Assembly: GCA_045616665.1 (NCBI GenBank)
Contig: JAZLHE010000056.1
Location: 691-64,690 of the forward strand
Length of the DNA stretch: 64,000 bases
Origin: Bacteroidales bacterium
GTDB lineage: Bacteria > Bacteroidota > Bacteroidia > Bacteroidales > WCHB1-69
Reading direction: 5' to 3'
The translations under genes and the position numbers were made by a program. The notes under the pieces are model-generated. The model was not told where the DNA came from. It did no database searches and was given only the letters and a program-made list of their open reading frames with translations. Numbering within the stretch: position 1 is the first letter of the stretch; every line of letters begins with the position of its first letter. Positions 38,921 through 47,575 of this stretch are shown here, piece by piece.

Positions 38921-40078
38921 ATGAAAACGACATTAAAAGAGTACACAATTCAGGAAGTTTGTGAAGGTTTCTTATACAACGAATTAGAAGGCAAAGGTTT
39001 GTTCGGCTTGGGTGGTCAATTGACAATCCAGCCCGAATACCAAAGAAACTACATTTACAATGATGGCAAAAAGGACGTGGCCGTTATAGAATCCGTGCTG
39101 AAAGGTTATCCACTGGGGCTCATCTATTTCAACAAAGTAGATGACAGGCTTGAAGTGCTGGACGGGCAACAACGCATCACTTCCTTGGGTCGGTTTGTCA
39201 CCGGAAAGTTTGCCATTAAAGACGCCAACGGAATGGAACAGTACTTTTCAAGTTTGGCATCGGACAAACAACAACTTATCAACAACTCAAAACTGTTGGT
39301 TTATATTTGTGAAGGAACCGAAACAGAAATAAAAGAGTGGTTCAAGATCATCAATATTGCCGGTGTTCCATTGAAACCGCAAGAGCTGTTGAACGCGGTA
39401 TATTCCGGGCCGTTTGTAACCAAAGCAAAAGAAGTGTTTAGCAATTCACAAAACGCAAACATCCAGAAATGGAGTGCATTCATCAAAGGTGTTGCCAACC
39501 GCCAAGACTTTTTGGAATGCGCCTTGGATTGGGTGAGCAAAGGAAATATTGAAAATTATATGGCCACCCATCGTTCGGATACGGACATCAATGAAATGGA
39601 AACCTATTTCAATAGCGTGATTGGTTGGATTGACAGTGTGTTTCCAACAGTTAAAAAAGAGATGTGCGGTTTGGAGTGGGGTCGTCTGTATGAAACGTAT
39701 CATAAAAATCCGTACAATAAAATTAAAGTCGGTTCAGAAGTTGACCGATTATATGCAGACGAATATGTTGCCAACAAAAAAGGAATATTTGAATATGTTT
39801 TGGGCGGCTGCGCTGATGATAGGTTGTTGGAAATTCGTGTTTTTGACAATGCAACAAAGAATACCGTATATCATAAACAGACAACCGATGCCATTGCGAA
39901 AGGCATATCCAACTGCCCGTTGTGTGCTATGGGTACGAATGCTAACAGAACAAGAATCTGGAAGTTGAATGAAATGGATGCCGATCACGTCACTGCTTGG
40001 AGCAAAGGTGGCAGCACCTCCATCGGAAATTGTGAAATGCTTTGCCAAACGCACAACCGAGCCAAAGGAAATAAATAA
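38921..40078 (+). CDS. DUF262 (ParB-like, DGQQR) domain protein with C-terminal HNH nuclease
   Basis: QPEYQRNY and [13 protein letters not shown] are DUF262 hallmarks. The C-terminus CPLC....[33 protein letters not shown] is an HNH motif. The start is 1 nt after the methyltransferase stop. Confidence 0.8.
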   Translation: MKTTLKEYTIQEVCEGFLYNELEGKGLFGLGGQLTIQPEYQRNYIYNDGKKDVAVIESVLKGYPLGLIYFNKVDDRLEVLDGQQRITSLGRFVTGKFAIKDANGMEQYFSSLASDKQQLINNSKLLVYICEGTETEIKEWFKIINIAGVPLKPQELLNAVYSGPFVTKAKEVFSNSQNANIQKWSAFIKGVANRQDFLECALDWVSKGNIENYMATHRSDTDINEMETYFNSVIGWIDSVFPTVKKEMCGLEWGRLYETYHKNPYNKIKVGSEVDRLYADEYVANKKGIFEYVLGGCADDRLLEIRVFDNATKNTVYHKQTTDAIAKGISNCPLCAMGTNANRTRIWKLNEMDADHVTAWSKGGSTSIGNCEMLCQTHNRAKGNK

Positions 40079-40092
40079 AGAGAATGTTCTTT

Positions 40093-40122
40093 CCCCTCGT
40101 CATCCGCGAGGGGCGTTTTTTT
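40093..40122 (+). terminator. Rho-independent terminator after the MTase / DUF262-HNH pair
   Basis: 7-bp stem cccctcg / cgagggg followed by T7. Confidence 0.75.
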
Positions 40123-40143
40123 GCTTTTCCGCTCCTCAAAATC

Positions 40144-40422
40144 TTATTTGAACAAATCAGAATGAGAACCCGTGCGGAAAAGATTCAAAATTTGCAGCTC
40201 TTCATCGGATTTGCTATACAACAACAACCAATCCGGCTGAATATGGCATTCTCGAACACCATCTTTGTTTCCGACAAGAATATGATCACGATTGGCTGGA
40301 GAAAGGGGTTCGTCGTTGGCAAGCCGAAATACTATTTCGTTTAATTTTTCTTCTGGCAGTCCTCTTTTACGCGCCAATTTCAAGTCCTTCTTGTATTGAG
40401 TTGAAATTACAATTGTTCTCAT
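40144..40422 (-). CDS. yafQ: Type II toxin, YafQ/RelE family
   Basis: 92 aa. RDHILVGNKDGVRECHIQPDWLLLY....L.L.RTGSHSDLF matches the YafQ signature. Confidence 0.85.
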   Translation of the reverse strand: MRTIVISTQYKKDLKLARKRGLPEEKLNEIVFRLANDEPLSPANRDHILVGNKDGVRECHIQPDWLLLYSKSDEELQILNLFRTGSHSDLFK

Positions 40423-40625
40423 TGTATTGCTTTCAGGTATTCTTCAAAACTATTGCAACGGGTGCCGCCACCATTTTTTATTTCTTCAATGGCCTGCGCG
40501 GTGGCATCATTGAATGAGGTCTCCTGCTTAATGAAAATACCCGAATTTATCAGACTGTTTATTAGTTTTCTGATAGTTTCGTTACTCGCATCATAACTTA
40601 CTGTTATCGTTTCCATTTCTCTCAA
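40419..40625 (-). CDS. Putative cognate antitoxin of the YafQ-like toxin
   Basis: A 65-68 aa ORF overlapping the toxin start by 4 nt (ATGA). Family not recognised. A minus-strand tacttttg box lies at about 40640-40647. Confidence 0.55.
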   Translation of the reverse strand: MREMETITVSYDASNETIRKLINSLINSGIFIKQETSFNDATAQAIEEIKNGGGTRCNSFEEYLKAIQ

Positions 40626-40695
40626 AATTTAGAGTTGCAAAAGTACTCAAAATACAAACAAAATACACCTCCACGTTGATACTTTTTGAATTTTT

Positions 40696-40838
40696 TAAAA
40701 AATCAAGTGCTTATAGCAATGTCTGCACTTTAGACCTTTTTCTTCAATTCTTGCAAATGGTTTTTGGAATCGAAATTCTCGCAAATGCCGCTTTCTTCGC
40801 CTTCGCGGATGGCAGCACTCAGTTGCTGCAGTTTTTTT
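40696..40838 (-). pseudogene. Relic of a second parDE locus (internally deleted, both ends truncated)
   Basis: 40696-40737 matches 27920-27961 (within parE). 40737-40838 matches about 28150-28250 (within parD). The ~190 bp that separate these blocks in the intact locus are missing. Confidence 0.8.
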
Positions 40839-40849
40839 GAATGATTTTT

Positions 40850-41595
40850 TTAATACAGCAAACCGAACATCCAAAGAGGAATGCGATGACCATGACCAAG
40901 TTCAGCACCTGCCACCGCCAAATAGCTGTCAGGAAGGTCTTTAATCTGCTCAGAACTTTTGCTTCCGCCTCCGACTTCAAACAGATATTTGCCGTCAACA
41001 AGAAAGTCTCCTTTTGGAGGATAATGCACTTTGGCCACTGCGGAAAGTTGGTTTAAGAAAAATGTCTCACGCAAGGTGCCCACATTCGCCATCGGTGAAA
41101 GTGCATACATCAAGTTGGTGTTACCCACATAAAGTTTGTCGGGTTTGGACATCCGCTTTAAGGATTTGCTTTCAGAACTCAGCAACGCCATCAAACCTGC
41201 TCGTTCAAGCAGGTCCAACATTTTTAATCCTTGATCCCTTGATGTGTTCAATTGGGCATATACTTCGTTCATTTTGGGTGTTTGAGGCACTTTGTCAGCC
41301 AAAATCATCAACATTTGTTTGATTTTTTGAATTGTAGCGTATGAAACATCTTCAATACTTGGCAAATCAGACTCCAATACCTGTTTAATCATACTTTGTA
41401 ACCTATCTGGGAATCCATCTCCTTCCTCAGAGAAAAAGGGATAATAGCCAAATCGGAGATATGACTCGAAAAGAGGAAGAACTTTTATCGAGGATGATAT
41501 ATCAAGTGCTATGGTCAAATGTTTTTCCAACAAATTAGGAAGAGATATTTTTCCCAGTTTGTAATGACAGCTGAACGCCAAGAATTCCCTGAATA
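40850..41595 (-). pseudogene. 5'-truncated AAA-family ATPase gene remnant
   Basis: Only a C-terminal portion is plausible (..FGYYPFF....LESDLP....KPDKLYVGNTNLMYAL...FFLNQL....HRIPLWMFGLLY*). No Walker A is present. The N-terminal ~45 aa of the track ORF overlap the exonuclease gene and look like read-through. Confidence 0.55.
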
Positions 41596-41600
41596 GATTC

Positions 41601-42098
41601 CTATTCCAAAATCCGCAACGCGATGGCGGCACATGCCTCGGCATCCGCCAACGCGTGATGATGATGCTCCAGATTATAGCCGCAAGCCGCGGAAACAGTA
41701 TGTAACTGCAGGTTCTCCAAGGTTTTGCCAAAATGCCTTTTGGCCGCTCTATAGGTACAATAAAACTTATAATCAGGATAATCCATTTGATATAACTTAA
41801 AAACCGCCTTCAAACAGCTCTCATCAAACTGGCTGTTGTGTGCCACCATCGGCAATCCCTCAATTTTTGGAGCTACCCGCGCCCATACTTTCGGGAAAAT
41901 CGGGGCATCGTCGGTATCTTCATTCGACAAGCCGTGTACCCGCTGACAATAATAATTATAAAAATTAGGCTCAGGTTTGATCAAACTATAAAAACTGTCC
42001 ACCACCACGCCGTCACGCACTACCACTACGCCCACACTGCACACACTACTCGGTGCGAAATTGGCAGTCTCAAAATCAATGGCAGCAAAATCCTTCAT
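41601..42098 (-). CDS. DEDDh 3'-5' exonuclease (DnaQ/epsilon-like), stand-alone
   Basis: 165 aa. Exo I AIDFETAN, Exo II VAHNSQFDESCL, Exo III HHALADAEACA. A minus-strand tatttttg box lies at about 42160-42180. Confidence 0.88.
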   Translation of the reverse strand: MKDFAAIDFETANFAPSSVCSVGVVVVRDGVVVDSFYSLIKPEPNFYNYYCQRVHGLSNEDTDDAPIFPKVWARVAPKIEGLPMVAHNSQFDESCLKAVFKLYQMDYPDYKFYCTYRAAKRHFGKTLENLQLHTVSAACGYNLEHHHHALADAEACAAIALRILE

Positions 42099-42286
42099 TT
42101 TCTATCGTCATTTTTAATTTACAAAGATACAACATAAAATAATACTATGTGAATTATCTTGTGCAAAAATAGCACAAGGGTGTGCCCTTTTGGGGCACAC
42201 GACTGAAAGACGTGGCATCGCTTTCGCTAATTTCTGAGACTCAAGATTTCACACCAAACATGCCCATCTGCACTAACCACCTGAAA

Positions 42287-42532
42287 AACCAAATTATCCC
42301 TTTAAGTCTTGTAATGAGATTCCGCCTTCCGCTTCGCTTCGGCGGAATGGCGGTGAATTAGGCGGCTCCACTCACATACTTTTACCTCTTCCGTTGCGCC
42401 GCCGCCCTGACGTAGGTATGACTCGTCGCCATTCCGATGTTTCCAACGTATGGTGGAAACACCGGAATCTCAATATGCTTAAACGGGATAATTCCGTGAT
42501 TTTTTATATCTCAAAAATTTTGTGTAAGTTTG
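42287..42532 (+). repeat. ~245-bp direct repeat, left copy (MITE-like element plus promoter box)
   Basis: Near-identical to 44771-45016 (I saw only a handful of mismatches or indels). It contains the inverted termini attatccctttaag / cttaaacgggataat and ends in the TAnnTTTG box taagtttg (42525-32). Confidence 0.9.
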
Positions 42533-42552
42533 CTTTCAAAATTAAATGCGAT

Positions 42553-44079
42553 ATGATTATAATTATTATAGTTGTTGTTTTTATAATTTTCCCATATCTT
42601 AAAAATAAATACAAGGAAAACCATTCAAAAGAAGAAAGCATTGCGGCAAGAAAAAATGAGACTAACAGGCTTGATTATGAGACTGAACGAAAGCATTTAA
42701 AACGATTAGGCATTTGCTTTTTGATACTTCTGTTTTTGGGAACAAGTGTTTTTATCGGTATTATTTCTGAATTAAAATCATCTTTTGAGATTATTTTACT
42801 GGTTGACTTCTTCTATTTCATTCCTACGATTCTATTAGTGAAAATAGCTCGCAAAATGCAACAATTGATTTTTCTTGACGAACATCGTCACCTTGATGAA
42901 TCGCAAAATGAAAAAGAAGCTCAGCAAAATGTTATTGAAAAAAAATATAAACCACTATCCGAAATAGCAGATAGCATTATTGTTTGCAAGCAAGAGAATG
43001 AATTAACGACTTGTTTATTTAACGAACAGGAATTAAAGGAATTTTATCCACACACACAAACGTGGAGAATTAAAAATTGGCATGCAGATGAATTTGATTA
43101 TGTGAAAAAGGGGGAAGAATTACTCACCTTGGAAGCATTATACGATTCCAACCATCATTTTTCAATAAAAGCTCCATCTTCTGGATTTTTACACATAAAA
43201 CAATTAAATTTTCATGATTATCATCAAGATGATTTGATTTGTGAAATATATAGCAATATGGATTCTCTTATTGATACATTATCTGTTAATGAAATCAAAG
43301 TTGTAAAAGACGATTTTTCAGAAGACATTATTATCAGAGGAGAGAAAATGGCGGGTTCGCAAAATGGTTTTATCATTGGCGACATAAGTATTAATTTTGA
43401 AAACAGAATGGGAGAGTATGGTTTGATAGTAAAGTTTACAAGAAAAACAATAAACATTAGAAAAAATGACACACTTCAATTATTATTTGATAACGGAACA
43501 ACTATCTCATTAAATACCACTTCAAGTCCAATTAAATGCGTTAACTGCAAAGAAGATTCCGTTGTTAGATTTGGGTTGAATGCAGAGCATATAAATTTAT
43601 TTAAAGATTCATATCTGTTAAAATGGCAAATTAAATCTAGTGATAGTGAAATTATCGGAAGAAATGAAATTCATCACCAAGATAAGGGAATAGGTTTAGT
43701 GTTTAATGATTTCATTATTAAATTCGAGAATGAGGTTAAGAATAATATTCCAGAATCAGAAATAATAAAATGCAAACAAACTTTTGAACCCGAAAAACAA
43801 GAAAACGCATTAGAATGCTGTTATGTGTACTTAATGAAAGACTGCGCAAATCATTTCTTTAAAATAGGCATTTCCAACAATCCAAAATATCGTGAAAAGA
43901 CTCTTCAAAGTGAAAAACCTACAATAGAACTGATATGTAACAAGAAATTTCCGTCTCGGAAAATGGCTAGGGCTATTGAATCTGCATTACACACAACATT
44001 TTCAAATCAACACATTCGTGGCGAATGGTTTGACTTGAATGAAAATGACGTAGCTGAGGTAATCAATACTCTTTCCTAA
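42553..44079 (+). CDS. Membrane-anchored protein with C-terminal T5orf172 (GIY-YIG-like) domain
   Basis: I prefer ATG 42553, downstream of the repeat-borne promoter. Three N-terminal hydrophobic helices. A central segment resembles a lipoyl/biotinyl barrel-sandwich hybrid (W...DYVKKGEELLTLEA....SIKAPSSGFLHI). The C-terminus CYVYLMKD..HFFKIGISNNPKYREKTL.....IRGEWFDL matches T5orf172/MUG113. Confidence 0.7.
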   Translation: MIIIIIVVVFIIFPYLKNKYKENHSKEESIAARKNETNRLDYETERKHLKRLGICFLILLFLGTSVFIGIISELKSSFEIILLVDFFYFIPTILLVKIARKMQQLIFLDEHRHLDESQNEKEAQQNVIEKKYKPLSEIADSIIVCKQENELTTCLFNEQELKEFYPHTQTWRIKNWHADEFDYVKKGEELLTLEALYDSNHHFSIKAPSSGFLHIKQLNFHDYHQDDLICEIYSNMDSLIDTLSVNEIKVVKDDFSEDIIIRGEKMAGSQNGFIIGDISINFENRMGEYGLIVKFTRKTINIRKNDTLQLLFDNGTTISLNTTSSPIKCVNCKEDSVVRFGLNAEHINLFKDSYLLKWQIKSSDSEIIGRNEIHHQDKGIGLVFNDFIIKFENEVKNNIPESEIIKCKQTFEPEKQENALECCYVYLMKDCANHFFKIGISNNPKYREKTLQSEKPTIELICNKKFPSRKMARAIESALHTTFSNQHIRGEWFDLNENDVAEVINTLS

Positions 44080-44172
44080 ATCTTACTTATCAATAACATC
44101 GGATGGTGTGTGACTCACTTTCGTTAATTCGTTGTCAAAATATAAAGTAAAATCCTGCAAAACCTTGTTTCC

Positions 44173-44583
44173 CTATGCATTATTTCCACGTGCACTTATT
44201 TCCATTTTTTTGATTGAATAAGTTTTGTTTACAGTATTATCTATAATATTTTGGAAACTGTCAGCAATAGCTAATTGTTTTTCAGCTTCTGCCATATAAA
44301 TGTCATATTCTGTCGTACCGACACCATATATATCAGCCATATCCATTTGATGATTTGCTTCCCTAACAGCAGACTCCATATCAATAGCTATAAGCCATTT
44401 TTCATCAAATTCATAGGTGTAATCTTGCAAATTACTACATTTGACGATTTCAATTTTTCCATCATTGGAATTTTCTTCTAGATAATTTTTTACCATTTTT
44501 TTTGCCTTAGAAGCATCTGAACAGCTAACAAAAACAATTGCAATGGCAGCAAAACTCAATAACAGTATCTTTTTCATACTCAA
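44173..44583 (-). CDS. Small lipoprotein, unknown function
   Basis: Signal peptide plus lipobox (IAIVFVSC). A minus-strand tatttttg box lies just upstream, at about 44588-44600. Confidence 0.65.
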   Translation of the reverse strand: MSMKKILLLSFAAIAIVFVSCSDASKAKKMVKNYLEENSNDGKIEIVKCSNLQDYTYEFDEKWLIAIDMESAVREANHQMDMADIYGVGTTEYDIYMAEAEKQLAIADSFQNIIDNTVNKTYSIKKMEISARGNNA

Positions 44584-44770
44584 CTATTTTTTTGCAAAAA
44601 TACAAAAAAACTAACAAATTTCACAACAAACGACAAAAAAAGAAAAAACAAATCAGAAAATTTTCATTTCCACAGAATTGAAATTTTCAACTTCCTCGCA
44701 TAATCTTGCATATTATTTGTTTCTGACAAAAGACAACATAAAGTGTTGATTACAAGCTTGTTGTTTAATG

Positions 44771-45016
44771 AACCAAAATTATCCCTTTAAGTCTTGTAAT
44801 GAGATTCCGCCTTCCGCTTCGCTTCAGCGGAATGGCGGTGAATTAGGCGGCTCCACTCACATACTTTTACCTCTTACGTTGCGCCGCCCCCTGACGTAGG
44901 TATGACTCGTCGCCATTCCGATGTTTCCAACGTATGGTGGAAACACCGGAATCTCAATATGCTTAAACGGGATAATTCCGTGATTTTTTATATCTCAAAA
45001 ATTTTGTATAACTTTG
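44771..45016 (+). repeat. ~245-bp direct repeat, right copy (carries the miaB promoter box)
   Basis: See the left copy. It ends in taactttg (45009-16), 4 nt before the miaB ATG. Confidence 0.9.
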
Positions 45017-45020
45017 CAAT

Positions 45021-46340
45021 ATGAAAAATTTATTTATCGAAACATACGGTTGTCAAATGAATGTTGCTGATAGTGAGGTGGTTGCATCTATCTTATCAGC
45101 AGAATACCAAATTTGCGACAACATCAAGAACGCCGACCTCATCCTTTTAAACACTTGTTCTGTTCGCGATCACGCCGAACAGCGAATCAGAAAACGCCTT
45201 AACGAATTAGGAGCCCTGAAAAAGAAAAAGGCCGGACTTCAAATCGGTTTGCTCGGTTGCATGGCCGAGCGTGTCAAGGAAAAGCTGCTTCACGAAGAAA
45301 CAGCATTGGACTTCATCGCCGGACCCGACGCTTACCGCAGCCTGCCTGCTCTAATACAAGAATCTGCCTTTGGCAAAACCGCCTTCAATGTTTTGCTCTC
45401 CACCGAAGAAACATACGACGACATTGAGCCCATTCGCTACGACACCAACGGCATTTCGGCATTTATCTCCATCATGCGCGGCTGTAACAATTTTTGCAGC
45501 TATTGCGTCGTGCCTTATACCCGCGGTCGCGAGCGCAGCCGCAGCTCTGAAACCATCATTCGCGAAGCACGGCAATTAATAGATCAAGGCTATAAGGAAA
45601 TCACTTTGTTGGGACAGAATGTCAATTCATATTGCTCGAATGAAAACGGCGAAGTGGTCAATTTCGCCAAATTGCTCGAAAAAGTGGCCTTGCTTTCGCC
45701 GCAAGTACGTGTGCGTTTTGCTACCTCCCATCCCAAAGACATTTCCGATGAGCTCATCGAAACCATCGCCAAATACGACAACTGCTGCAAATACATTCAT
45801 CTGCCCGTCCAGGCAGGAAGCAACGTGATGCTCAAACGGATGAATCGCGTCTATACCCGCGAATACTACCTGGAACGCATCGCCACCATCAAACGACTGA
45901 TTCCCGATTGTGCCATTGCCACAGACATTATCGCCGGCTTCAGCGGCGAAACCGAAGAAGACCACCAGGCCACTTTGTCGCTGATGAAAGAGGTGGGCTA
46001 CTGCGCCGCCTATATGTTCAAATACTCTGAACGCGACTGCACGATGGCTGCCAAACGCTTCCCCGACGACATTCCCGACGAGGTCAAGGGCCGCCGCCTG
46101 GAAGAAATCATCGCACTGCAACAAGAGTTGTCATTGGCACACAACCAAAAAGACATAGGCAAAACTTTTGAAGTGCTGGTGGAAGGCGCCTCTAAACGCG
46201 ATGCCAACGAATATTTCGGTCGCAATAGTCAAAATAAAGTCATCATATTCCCTAAAGGAAATGCCCAAATCGGCAAATACGTAATGGTGACCGTGCAATC
46301 CTGCTCACCCGCTACGCTGAAAGGCGTTTTGGCCAAATAA
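45021..46340 (+). CDS. miaB: tRNA-2-methylthio-N6-dimethylallyladenosine synthase MiaB
   Basis: 439 aa. N-terminal ETYGCQMNVADSE, radical-SAM cluster GCNNFCSYCVVPYTRGRERS, C-terminal TRAM domain. Confidence 0.95.
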   Translation: MKNLFIETYGCQMNVADSEVVASILSAEYQICDNIKNADLILLNTCSVRDHAEQRIRKRLNELGALKKKKAGLQIGLLGCMAERVKEKLLHEETALDFIAGPDAYRSLPALIQESAFGKTAFNVLLSTEETYDDIEPIRYDTNGISAFISIMRGCNNFCSYCVVPYTRGRERSRSSETIIREARQLIDQGYKEITLLGQNVNSYCSNENGEVVNFAKLLEKVALLSPQVRVRFATSHPKDISDELIETIAKYDNCCKYIHLPVQAGSNVMLKRMNRVYTREYYLERIATIKRLIPDCAIATDIIAGFSGETEEDHQATLSLMKEVGYCAAYMFKYSERDCTMAAKRFPDDIPDEVKGRRLEEIIALQQELSLAHNQKDIGKTFEVLVEGASKRDANEYFGRNSQNKVIIFPKGNAQIGKYVMVTVQSCSPATLKGVLAK

Positions 46341-46348
46341 AACAAGCT

Positions 46349-47575
46349 ATGCTGCTCATCCTGTCACCCCAAAATTCACCCCGACTTGACTATGTTTGCC
46401 ACGTCATTTTCAAGCTGATACTGAATTTGGATTATGCCATTACACAGAATGAGCAAACTTACCAGCAACACCAGGATCTTAAATTACGCTACCTTCCAAA
46501 GTCCAATATCCTGTTTGAAAATGACATCTGCCCGCAGGATGAAACTCTGCTTTTGCAGGACAAACCGGCCCTGGCATTTTTCCTGTTAAGCAATTACGAA
46601 GAATACCTCCCCGACTGCCCCCGCGACCAACATGGAAGAATCATTCACGAAAAATCTTTTGTAGTCAGGCACAAGCTGCACAACCAAGCCGTTGTTCACC
46701 GTATTGCACTGAAATACAAAGAAATACTTGCAAAGCAAAAGGCTTCTTTTCAATGGAAAGAACGAAAATATAAGTTTATTCCCACCTTTGACGTGGATAT
46801 TGCTTACGCATTCAAAGGCAAGAGTTTCGGGCATTTTTGCGGTGCATTGTTCAAATCACTGCTGAAAGGCAAAATTCAAAATGCCAAAAACATCCTCAAG
46901 GCTAAATTTGACAAAAATTTTGATGATCCTTACGATTTGTATGATGCGGAAAAAGAACTCTGCATCCGGCATCAACTCAAACCCACCTACTTTGTCCTTA
47001 CTTCCAGACGCAGCCAGTACGACCGTAACATATCTCCACAAACATCTGCTTTTGATCAGTTGATTCATCAATTGCAATCCTTTGCCAATATCGGTTTGCA
47101 CACATCATATTATGCTGAAAATCTGAATGAGATTCTTCATCAGAAAAAAATATTGGAAATCAAAACGCAAAAACGCATTTTTTCATCACGGCAGCATTTT
47201 TTGAAGGAAAAAATGCCACAAACCTTCCAAAATCTGCATGCCGCCGGCATTACGGACGACTACAGTCTCGGCTTTTACGACCGCATCGGTTTCCGCAACG
47301 GAATGTCCATTCCATTTCCCTTTTTCGACCTGAAAAAGGGAGAAAAGACAAAACTCATCCTTCATCCCTTGTTATTTATGGATTCCGCCGCCATCCGGTC
47401 CGATTTTTCGGAAAAAACATATTGGAATGACTTGCAATCCCTTATTCAAGAAGTGCAACTGGTTCAAGGAGAGATGATTGCCCTTTGGCATAACAACTTT
47501 ATGCCCAAAGGTTCAAAAGAAGAGGCATTGTTCAAAGCCAGTTTCAATAAAATGGCCCAAGGCACCCTTATTTAG
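46349..47575 (+). CDS. Hypothetical protein, possibly polysaccharide-deacetylase-like (NodB-fold)
   Basis: 408 aa. The blocks PTFDVDIAYAF, IGLHTSYY and RQHFL....GITDDYSLGF.DRIGFRNGMSIPFPFFD resemble a deacetylase-like family as I remember it. Not verified. Confidence 0.4.
   Translation: MLLILSPQNSPRLDYVCHVIFKLILNLDYAITQNEQTYQQHQDLKLRYLPKSNILFENDICPQDETLLLQDKPALAFFLLSNYEEYLPDCPRDQHGRIIHEKSFVVRHKLHNQAVVHRIALKYKEILAKQKASFQWKERKYKFIPTFDVDIAYAFKGKSFGHFCGALFKSLLKGKIQNAKNILKAKFDKNFDDPYDLYDAEKELCIRHQLKPTYFVLTSRRSQYDRNISPQTSAFDQLIHQLQSFANIGLHTSYYAENLNEILHQKKILEIKTQKRIFSSRQHFLKEKMPQTFQNLHAAGITDDYSLGFYDRIGFRNGMSIPFPFFDLKKGEKTKLILHPLLFMDSAAIRSDFSEKTYWNDLQSLIQEVQLVQGEMIALWHNNFMPKGSKEEALFKASFNKMAQGTLI

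Noticed and set aside
41596-41731. N-terminal extension of the 293-aa ORF, making it look like an intact gene
   Set aside because: It overlaps the DEDDh exonuclease gene on the same strand in another frame. It has no Walker A and a nonsense-like composition, so the gene is treated as a 5'-truncated remnant.
42394-42552. N-terminal 53 aa of the 561-aa track ORF (MRRRPDVGMTRRHSDV..)
   Set aside because: This part is encoded by the direct repeat / MITE-like element, whose second copy is non-coding. It also lies upstream of the repeat-borne -7 box. ATG 42553 is the credible start.
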